Source of the DNA: a virus
Lineage: Duplodnaviria > Caudoviricetes
IMG/VR virus record: IMGVR_UViG_3300005573_000258
Location: 1 to 25,710 of that record
Direction: 5' to 3' (one strand)
Length of the DNA stretch: 25,710 bases
The notes beneath the pieces are model-generated. The model was not told where the DNA came from. It did not search any database and saw only the letters and a program-made list of their open reading frames with translations. Numbering within the stretch: position 1 is the first letter of the stretch; every line of letters starts with the position of its first letter. The translations under genes and the position numbers were made by a program. Of this stretch, positions 9,205 through 16,482 are shown in pieces.

Positions 9205-9290
9205 AGCTGGACAGGAGTATTATTCTTACTCTTGCTCCTGCCGAGCACCCGGCTATCGGAGCAAAAACCGATAGTCGTAAATCCGTTTTT
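9205..9290 (+). ncRNA. Putative structured small RNA (two hairpins)
   Basis: Hairpin 9206-9246 and 10-bp hairpin 9250-9277; G-U pairs occur on the + strand; starts at the expected +1 and ends in a T run. Confidence 0.5.
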
Positions 9291-11997
9291 ATTCTTCTCG
9301 TTTATAAACTACTTCTCCTCTTAATTCGTCTGTTTCATATAGGGTCCAACCTGTATATCTGGGATATTCGTTTGTATAATTAGTAGCAAAAACAATATAT
9401 TTATTATTGATCTTCTTGACATAATTTCTGCTTATCTTTATTTTTCCAGCTATTTTTAGCTTACCTGTTGCAGTATAAATATTAAAAACAATAAGATCGG
9501 GATTTTCAACGAGTTCTTTTAAAAGGGAAATATATTCAAGTCTATTCTGATCCTTCTTTTTAGAAAGATAATTAACAAATCTTTTAATTTCATCCTCTCC
9601 AAGATAAACAACCATTCCTTTTTTATCTATCCAAGCACCTTTATTAAATACATTCTGTAAGAGTTTTATTGCGTCACTTTCTGAACCATTAAAAAGTTCT
9701 TTTTTTGCTCCTGGTATATCTTTTAATAGCTCACGAAGATTATTTTTTACATCAGAGAGAGATTTCCAGTTATCTCCAGATACTGCATTCTTATTCTCCA
9801 CCCATTTGTATAAATCCTTCCCAACATTGTTCTCAAAACCGGGATCAGGTTTGAGATACAATTTTCCATCTTTATCAAATTGATTAAGCTTTTGACTTAT
9901 CTGTGTATTAAATATCTCGTTATCCTTATTGTTTGCAGTTATTTCTGTCCAGTCGGGCATACCAGTTCCGATCTTGCTTATATCATACCCATGTGCCTTA
10001 TGATATTCCTTAGAAAGGCTTCTTACTGTGCATCTGCAATTGTATCCATTCGGTGGATAGTTTGTGTCCCAGAAAGGATCATCATATCGCCTGATTAAAC
10101 CATTCAAAGCAGCATGAGCTGGTCTTGTACTCTGATCCATCACTGCAACATACTGCCAGTATTCAGCAACTCCTTCTTTTGCGTCCTCCATCATTTCCTG
10201 GTATTTACCAGCGGCATGAGCACTTCTTACATTCTGCCAGTAAACTATATCATTAACTTTAAATCCTTTTTCAAGCATACTTTTCTTCCAGTCCTTAAAA
10301 CCCCGTCCATTTTCCCTCGCTTCTACAATGCTTTGCAAAACAGATTCAATCTGTGCCTCTGTTTCCATTCCTGCAACAGTAAAAGCATAGTTTTTATACT
10401 TTTCTGGCAACTGGTCAAAAAGTTCTTTTTTCATCACAAGCTTTTTCTTTAGAAACTCAATTTCATCTTCAGAAAATTCTTTAGTTTTCTCTGTTGTGAG
10501 CATCTGTTCTTTTGCCGCAAGCCTTCCAAGCAGATCAGCTTCTACGAAGGCTTCAGCAACCTTACTAACCTCAGTCCTATAACCTTCATCTATTTCTGCT
10601 GTTTTCAAGACCTTTTCTATAGCTTCTTCATAATCTTCAGAAGCACTAATAACTTCTTTAAGTCTTTTAAACAGCCCTTCAAAAATACCTTTAAAATCGT
10701 TTAAAGTGTCTTTATATAGCTTTTCAACAGCTTTATCTTCTTCAATAAACTTCTCAATATCATTCTCTGCAAAGCTAATTTCCTCTACTCTTTTTTTTTT
10801 AATCCCTTCTGAAAATTCCTGTGGTTGAAAAGGTAAATCAGGCTGTATTACATCTATATCCTCTTCATCAAAGCCATAGTTCTTAATGAAATAAGACTTT
10901 TTAAAGATAACGCCCTGATTTTTAAGTTCAGAATCTCTTTTCGCTTTATCATCTTTCAAATAATCCCTTTCAACAGCATACTGAGGAAATACTGTCGTAT
11001 CAAAATTAAGCGCAACAAGCTCTCTAATAAGCTTATTAAAAACCCATATCTCTCTCTTTATATCTTTTTCAATAATTTCGTTTTGTACTTCAAAATGCAC
11101 TTCTCCAAGGCTTCTTGCACCTCGCTCTCCCTGTTCTGTTGTAAGTGTTTGACCTACAACAGCCTTTGAGATTTCAGCATTCATAAAATTTAACATTGCT
11201 AGAAATGTATCAGAGCTTCCTGTTTTATTTACATCTACTATTTTTAACTCATCACCAGTTTCATATACGCCAACAGCCGTTCTTACCATATCGTCAAGCA
11301 TAGAAAGTTTTTGTTTTTTCCTGCCTTCGTCCTTTTCATGAGTAAGAAGATACATAAGTACACCACCATATTTCTCAATAAATTCAAGCCAGAACTGCAT
11401 ACCGCCACGCTTAAAAGTAACAGGCCAGAAAACACTCGATGCAACACGCCTGCCATAAGGATTATTATACTCTGGGGCTTCCTGGACAAGAATCACCTTG
11501 TCCATATCAACGATCTCGCCCTGTGGAGAATCCTTACTCTTAAAGCAAAGATTGTTTTCACCATCAAAAATAAACCATTCCTGTGGCTTGCCTTCTATTT
11601 TCTCATATACAATATATAAGCCGTCGCTAATATAGTTTTTCTCAAGAACAGAAAATCCAAAATAAAAGGTATATAGAACATCATATCTAATATTTTCTAT
11701 TTTCAAGTTGCTAAACACATCCTTTACAAAATCAGCAATCTTTCTGTCCGTCCTTGTTGTTGTTGCAGGAATAATTTCATACTCATGAGAAAAAATCCCC
11801 GCTTCTCTTTTAATAAGACAGGAAAGCAAATGAGAGTCATTTCTAATTTGTCTGTAAAATGAAATATCTACCCCTTTTTCACGCAGAACAGGATCAGGAT
11901 CTGGTAAAATTTTTAATAAGCTTATATAGTCATTCAAGCTTCGTTTTCTTGTGTAAAGTTCCACTCCTTTAAAGTTCTCTTTTTTTGTTTCTATCAT
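9289..11997 (-). CDS. Portal (Mu gp29/DUF935)-MuF (gp30) fusion with C-terminal PBECR-like nuclease domain
   Basis: Portal motifs NPYG, W.EFIEKYG, EISKAVVGQTLT; MuF motifs YVAVMD..TRPAH, PPNGYNCRC; C-terminal RLEY..LL...VENPD...RNYVK...GWT...RGEVVYKR. Start MIETK (11997) has a GGAG RBS; the track start is 12018. Confidence 0.85.
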   Translation of the reverse strand: MIETKKENFKGVELYTRKRSLNDYISLLKILPDPDPVLREKGVDISFYRQIRNDSHLLSCLIKREAGIFSHEYEIIPATTTRTDRKIADFVKDVFSNLKIENIRYDVLYTFYFGFSVLEKNYISDGLYIVYEKIEGKPQEWFIFDGENNLCFKSKDSPQGEIVDMDKVILVQEAPEYNNPYGRRVASSVFWPVTFKRGGMQFWLEFIEKYGGVLMYLLTHEKDEGRKKQKLSMLDDMVRTAVGVYETGDELKIVDVNKTGSSDTFLAMLNFMNAEISKAVVGQTLTTEQGERGARSLGEVHFEVQNEIIEKDIKREIWVFNKLIRELVALNFDTTVFPQYAVERDYLKDDKAKRDSELKNQGVIFKKSYFIKNYGFDEEDIDVIQPDLPFQPQEFSEGIKKKRVEEISFAENDIEKFIEEDKAVEKLYKDTLNDFKGIFEGLFKRLKEVISASEDYEEAIEKVLKTAEIDEGYRTEVSKVAEAFVEADLLGRLAAKEQMLTTEKTKEFSEDEIEFLKKKLVMKKELFDQLPEKYKNYAFTVAGMETEAQIESVLQSIVEARENGRGFKDWKKSMLEKGFKVNDIVYWQNVRSAHAAGKYQEMMEDAKEGVAEYWQYVAVMDQSTRPAHAALNGLIRRYDDPFWDTNYPPNGYNCRCTVRSLSKEYHKAHGYDISKIGTGMPDWTEITANNKDNEIFNTQISQKLNQFDKDGKLYLKPDPGFENNVGKDLYKWVENKNAVSGDNWKSLSDVKNNLRELLKDIPGAKKELFNGSESDAIKLLQNVFNKGAWIDKKGMVVYLGEDEIKRFVNYLSKKKDQNRLEYISLLKELVENPDLIVFNIYTATGKLKIAGKIKISRNYVKKINNKYIVFATNYTNEYPRYTGWTLYETDELRGEVVYKREE

Positions 11998-12035
11998 TTT
12001 TACTCCATTTTTTATCATTTTTACAAAAATTTTTT

Positions 12036-12141
12036 ATAATTCATTGATATACAATAAGTTAAACGATTTTTAAACGCTTCTTGAAAACTTTTAAATTTTG
12101 CATAAAAAATGCGTTTAAATCTTTATATATCAATAAATTAT
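12036..12141. repeat. 31-bp imperfect inverted repeat carrying two IHF-consensus sites, in an AT-rich intergenic region
   Basis: Arms 12036-12066 and 12111-12141 (25/31 match); TATCAATGAATTA (- strand, 12049-12037) and TATCAATAAATTA (+ strand, 12128-12140) both fit WATCAANNNNTTR. Confidence 0.6.
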
Positions 12142-12296
12142 ATTCATTCTTCATAATTGATTATCCTGTATAGAATTATAAAAATATGCGTTTAATACCG
12201 TTCTATAGCGTTCAAATTTTAAAAACATATACAAACCCTTTAAAAGCCCCTTAAACAATGGGGTGTTTTTTTGCTAAAATATATCTAACTTGTTTA

Positions 12297-13266
12297 CTAC
12301 CAATAAGTTAGCCTGTTTCTATTATATCCTCGCAAAATTTCGTTAGTTTTACGTCTTCTTACAGGTGTAAAATTATCCTCTACAGTTATGCTTTCAAGAA
12401 GGCTAATTGCACCTTCTAAACTATCTGGTCCATCATCATTTACAACCGAAGAAGGAAAATATATCATTTGCTCTATTAAAAGCTTCTGATCACTATCCCG
12501 CCTGTTGAAAAGAAGCTTTCCCCTTTCAACCAGCGGGCTTATTCTTTCTATCCTTGCATCTTTTGCCGTTGTGTGAGTAATAAGCTTAAGTGGGAGATAA
12601 TGCCCCTTCTCTTTTGCAAGTATATCGTATTCTCTTTCAAGAAGCGATTGAAATCCGTTAGCTTCCACTCCAACAACTGAAGGCAAAAATTCTTGATGTA
12701 TCGAATATGTTGCCTGAAGCATGGCATCAATAGACGCCCTCTTTATCCAGGCATTAAGGACATAATAAACCATATTTTCAGTATCAAGCCCAACGGTAAT
12801 GATTGCTTTATAATCGCTTTTCTTTGAGTTTGTAGCACTTGCGTCAATAAAAGTTGACTTTTTAAGTCTTGTAAAATCTATTTCAGATGGTTCATATTCC
12901 CTGAACCATTCCTCTTTAAAGACAGCCACCTCATCATCCTGTGGATGATTCTGGTATTCACGATTGAATGCAGACATATCCAAAGCTAATGTGTGTTGAT
13001 TTTGCGAACCCTCGTGGAGCAGCAATACATATTGGAGTAGGAACTCTCTTTCTCTCCTCAAGCATCGCAATCATTTCTCTATGAAAATCCGCAAAGTTCT
13101 GCTCTGCGTAATGTGGAAGATATGTCTTAAAGAAATAAAAATAATCCTCTCTTGCAGCCTTTAGCCTCTGTGATTTTGTTGTCTCATCAAGCGGCCTGAT
13201 GTCTTCAGTGAGAAGTGCGAGTATCTCTTCCTTGCGTTTTTTATAATCTGAAAACTTTACTCCCAT
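12297..13266 (-). pseudogene. terL: Terminase large subunit with out-of-frame internal deletion
   Basis: N-part has the Walker A APRGFAKST and stops at 12958; the other frame begins SAFNREYQN and carries the nuclease domain (FIDASAT, SDYKA, DDGPDSLEGA); no Walker B/ATPase core lies between them. Confidence 0.85.
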
Positions 13267-13267
13267 A

Positions 13268-13720
13268 TTACCTCTTTTGCTTTTCTATGTATGTAAAAAA
13301 CTCCCTAATGATTTTTGCAAACTCTTCTTTTCTGTCGGGATACTTTATATTTATAAACTCTGTAAACTTCTCCATACAGATAACAACACTGCCGAGAAGG
13401 TCGTCTTCTTTCTCTAATTTTTTCAGTGCAGAAACAAGCTTTGCAAGATGGTCTGCCTCTTCTGCCGTAACACCTTCTTCAATGTCTTCAATCTTTTTTA
13501 TTATTGCCGCTCGAAGCCTTTCTATTGCACCAGAACCAGAAATAAGATATTTTTTTCTCATTTCATCCCATGTTGGTTGTCCGAGTTTCTTTCCCGCATT
13601 TTTCCATTTTGAAAGTGTTTTTTCACTAATCTTTAATACTCTTGAAATCTCAGCCAGAGTTTTCCCTTCATTCACATACATCCTTTGAGCTTCAAGATAG
13701 TATACATCCATCTTACCCAT
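13268..13720 (-). CDS. terS: Terminase small subunit (Mu gp27 position, N-terminal HTH)
   Basis: AQRMYV..GKTLAEIS..L.ISEKTLSKWK...WD motif; adjacent to terL. Confidence 0.8.
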   Translation of the reverse strand: MGKMDVYYLEAQRMYVNEGKTLAEISRVLKISEKTLSKWKNAGKKLGQPTWDEMRKKYLISGSGAIERLRAAIIKKIEDIEEGVTAEEADHLAKLVSALKKLEKEDDLLGSVVICMEKFTEFINIKYPDRKEEFAKIIREFFTYIEKQKR

Positions 13721-13958
13721 TGATTTCCTCTTTCAACTTTTTGAGTTCTTCTTTTGTTTTTTTATATTCTTCAAATGCCTTTTTAAGCTCTTTAAAAATC
13801 ACTTCAGCCGTTTCTATGTTTATATTATCTATCCCTGCCAGGGTAGAAATATGAAAAGCCACATCCCTCGAATAATTTTCAATTTTAATCTCAAGCCCTC
13901 TAAGTTTTTCTTCATTTTCAGCAATAAGCCCTTTTAAAAAAATCTTATTCTGATTCAT
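13713..13958 (-). CDS. Hypothetical coiled-coil protein
   Basis: 81 aa with AGGTGG RBS; overlaps the terS start. Confidence 0.7.
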   Translation of the reverse strand: MNQNKIFLKGLIAENEEKLRGLEIKIENYSRDVAFHISTLAGIDNINIETAEVIFKELKKAFEEYKKTKEELKKLKEEING

Positions 13959-14007
13959 TCAAACCACCTTATTTCTTTGGTTTTCTTTTTCTACACATAT
14001 TAATCCC

Positions 14008-14385
14008 CTATCTAAATAAAAATTTTAGTATTATTCCAGTAACCAGTCCGGAGAGTGCCCCAGCCAGGGTTGCTGCCCCGGTAAATTTCGCAAGCGCAAG
14101 TTGCAGTTTTCTTATTTCCCTTGAATGTTCTTCCTGTATTTTTTTAATATCCTGAATTTGTTTTTCAATTCCCTGTCTTTCAATGTTCTGAGTATCCCTT
14201 ATAAAGACAACCTGCCTTTTCATAAAGTCTTCGATGTGTTCAAGCGTTGCATTTAATTTCGTAAATGATTTTTCAAAAAGAATTTTTAAATCCATCACAG
14301 TAAGTTTCAGTTCTTTTACTTCTTCCTGAAGACTTTCAAACTCTTTTTTTAATACTTCAAACTCTTCTCGTGAAACTGTTTTCAT
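14008..14385 (-). CDS. Coiled-coil protein with C-terminal TM helix (lysis-cassette associated)
   Basis: GGAGG RBS; heptad repeats followed by GAATLAGALSGLVTGIILKFLF. Confidence 0.75.
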   Translation of the reverse strand: MKTVSREEFEVLKKEFESLQEEVKELKLTVMDLKILFEKSFTKLNATLEHIEDFMKRQVVFIRDTQNIERQGIEKQIQDIKKIQEEHSREIRKLQLALAKFTGAATLAGALSGLVTGIILKFLFR

Positions 14386-14396
14386 CTATTATCCTC

Positions 14397-14876
14397 CTAA
14401 TACAACAAAAAAATCCCCATCCCTACTACATTCATACCTGCTACTATGTTAATTCCAAAGTTTTCATAAAATCTATAACCCACAAAGACATATGGACTTA
14501 TTTTTTCTTCAGAAAAGTTATATTCAATTCCTGCACCAAAGATATAACGAGGAAAAGATAGGGGCAGGGCATATTCCTGCTTGTATATGGAGAATTCTGC
14601 CCATTCAAGCCCCTGTCTTTTCATTACCGGCACCGATAAGGACATATTCGTGTATTCGTTATATAAAACCTCATAGCGATTGCTAGTTTCACTTTTTCCG
14701 GGCTTAAGTAAGGCAATAGATTCATTTGTTTTTGTAATTATTCCTTTAGATTCACCCAAAAACTTTTTAATAAAAAACTTTTCAGGTGTTTTTGGCGAAA
14801 AGATTTTACAAATCTGATAACCTGCCATAACTCCAGCAATAAAAACAACAACAACAAAAAACCAGATATTTTTCAT
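14397..14876 (-). CDS. Membrane protein, putative spanin-like
   Basis: N-terminal TM; C-terminal amphipathic beta strands ending in Tyr; follows the holin candidate. Confidence 0.55.
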   Translation of the reverse strand: MKNIWFFVVVVFIAGVMAGYQICKIFSPKTPEKFFIKKFLGESKGIITKTNESIALLKPGKSETSNRYEVLYNEYTNMSLSVPVMKRQGLEWAEFSIYKQEYALPLSFPRYIFGAGIEYNFSEEKISPYVFVGYRFYENFGINIVAGMNVVGMGIFLLY

Positions 14877-15121
14877 TTTTCTTCTTCCTGTTTTTTCCCA
14901 TATTTTAATTGTGCTATCTCTATTGCCTTATCAATCCAGATAGAAATATCCACAGGCAGAAAGATAAGCACTATAAATCCAGCAGCAATAACCAGTGAAA
15001 CAACATGCTTTATTTCAAGCTTTTCCTTAAAGAAAAAAGCCATCAAGCAAAAACCAACAAAAACAAAAAGCGTTGCCAGCACCTTTGCAAGAAGCGATAT
15101 TGGTTTACCTTTAAACTCCAT
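14873..15121 (-). CDS. Putative holin (two TM helices)
   Basis: 82 aa, two hydrophobic segments, charged C-terminus; follows the lysin candidate. Confidence 0.7.
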   Translation of the reverse strand: MEFKGKPISLLAKVLATLFVFVGFCLMAFFFKEKLEIKHVVSLVIAAGFIVLIFLPVDISIWIDKAIEIAQLKYGKKQEEEK

Positions 15122-15620
15122 ATAGCCTCCCTAATTCCCAGAATGCACCCCGCTTGAGAGTCACCTCTGCAACCTCTCCAACATCAAAAAACCCTATAAA
15201 CTTATCAAAATCTTTATCTAAAATTGTTATACATCCATGCGACCAATCCCATGTGTAGCCGCCCTTATGTATCAAAACATAAGTGATTATGTTTTTTCCG
15301 CAGTGGTTTGGATTTGGCACAAGGCTTTTGAATACAAAAGCACTTTCTGGTAAATCCTCTTTTCTTTTTACAATGCCAAATTCTTTATTGTATAGCCATA
15401 AGGCCTTTTGTTTATTTTTCTCTCTAATTCCACAGATAGCAAAATATTCCCCCTCTGATAAAATTCCGCCCATGTATCCACTTGTATGATCTGTATTCAC
15501 TTTTCCTGTCACAAATAATGTTCTATCATAAGAAAGAATCAAGGTGGAATCATACTGATCCCCATTTGGGAGTGTTAAGGGTTTTTCAACATCTCCCCTG
15601 ACAATTAAAATTTTTTTCAT
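15111..15620 (-). CDS. Putative endolysin of the L,D-transpeptidase (YkuD/DUF5675-like) fold
   Basis: LIHKGG....WSHGCITI His/Cys motif; first late gene; start MKKILIV at 15620 with GGGAGG RBS. Confidence 0.7.
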   Translation of the reverse strand: MKKILIVRGDVEKPLTLPNGDQYDSTLILSYDRTLFVTGKVNTDHTSGYMGGILSEGEYFAICGIREKNKQKALWLYNKEFGIVKRKEDLPESAFVFKSLVPNPNHCGKNIITYVLIHKGGYTWDWSHGCITILDKDFDKFIGFFDVGEVAEVTLKRGAFWELGRLYGV

Positions 15621-15753
15621 TATGCCTCCCATGGCTTTTAACTTTAACTGCAAAAAATATATAAGAAGAAATAAGAAAGGTAAAGACAAAACATGTCAAA
15701 AATTTTGGAGTAACCTAAGCCATTAAGTTCCGCAGAGGGTGAAAAATAAGAAA

Positions 15754-15987
15754 TTACTCTTTTTCACTCAGGATTCTATATATCTGCCTTTGTGATAGGT
15801 TATATTGACTTTCTAATTCTTTAATTGAGATGCCATTCAAAAATTTTTCCTTTATAATTTTATTCCTCTTCTTAATAAAAAAAGCCCTTTTAGGTATATA
15901 CACTTTATTCCCTGAAAAAAGCCAGATTAACTTAATAGTATCTTCCTCACCTAATATTTCTTTTATTTCTTCAACAATTTTACTCAT
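15754..15987 (-). CDS. mor: Mor/C family transcription activator
   Basis: FSGNKVYIP...RNKII...FLNG.SIKELESQYNLSQRQIYRIL; last gene before the late operon. Confidence 0.88.
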   Translation of the reverse strand: MSKIVEEIKEILGEEDTIKLIWLFSGNKVYIPKRAFFIKKRNKIIKEKFLNGISIKELESQYNLSQRQIYRILSEKE

Positions 15988-16153
15988 ATAATTGATATAT
16001 AATCTCTCTTACTTTTTCTAGTTGTTTTCTTTCCTGCCGCATCCATTCAGAAAAATCTGGAAAATATACCCTTTTTCCACCATATCGAATTATGAATCTT
16101 TCAACTTTTTTTTCTTCTGGTATAACCGATTTTAATTCATCAATACTACCCAT
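15980..16153 (-). CDS. Mor-like N-terminal domain protein lacking the HTH, 57 aa
   Basis: YGGKRVYFP motif; start MGSIDEL at 16153 overlaps the upstream stop. Confidence 0.6.
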   Translation of the reverse strand: MGSIDELKSVIPEEKKVERFIIRYGGKRVYFPDFSEWMRQERKQLEKVREIIYQLYE

Positions 16154-16352
16154 AAATCTTCCACAAACTTGATTTTGCCTGCTCAAGTATCTCAATCAGT
16201 GCTATGCCTTCTTTTACAGTTAAATCTTTATACTTTTTCCCAAATAAAATTGCAGTAAAGTAATCCAATGCCTCATTTTTATCCTTTAAAGCGTCAGAAA
16301 AAACTTTATTCGTTAAGCCTTGTATATACTTATTCTGCTTTTCTGTTAACAT
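16146..16352 (-). CDS. Hypothetical protein resembling the C-terminal half of the GemA-like protein
   Basis: LTEKQNKYIQGL...DLTVKEGIALIEIL versus ISRKQKDYINRL...ELTKREAAIVINAL. Confidence 0.7.
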   Translation of the reverse strand: MLTEKQNKYIQGLTNKVFSDALKDKNEALDYFTAILFGKKYKDLTVKEGIALIEILEQAKSSLWKIYG

Positions 16353-16482
16353 ATGCTAAATTAGTATCATAAGTATTTCTTTCCTTAAATTCTTGTTGTT
16401 TCCCTATGTTCCAGTTTTGCACAGGTCTATAATAGCCCACCACCCGTGAATATACTTCACAGGGAACTTTTATTTCTTCCAT
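16330..16482 (-). CDS. Stand-alone NrdD (class III ribonucleotide reductase) C-terminal glycyl-radical domain, 50 aa
   Basis: MEEIKVPCEVYSRVVGYYRPVQNWNIGKQQEFKERNTYDTNLAYVNRKAE*; GGAGGT RBS 8 nt upstream; below the ORF-track cutoff. Confidence 0.85.
   Translation of the reverse strand: MEEIKVPCEVYSRVVGYYRPVQNWNIGKQQEFKERNTYDTNLAYVNRKAE

Noticed and set aside
9253-9274. TATCGG...CCGATA hairpin as a remote repressor operator
   Set aside because: It shares the half-site but spacing differs from the control-region palindromes, and the G-U-containing stem extension fits an RNA hairpin better; not fully excluded
12958-13070. Programmed frameshift joining the two terminase ORFs; also the 13070 start of the second ORF
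   Set aside because: A joined product would still lack Walker B and most of the ATPase, and no slippery site is evident; the first 31 residues are an off-frame read of the N-terminal part
15705-15750. Twister-like fragments (TAAC...GCAGAGGG) on the + strand
   Set aside because: The P4 hairpin, pseudoknot partners and P1 are missing
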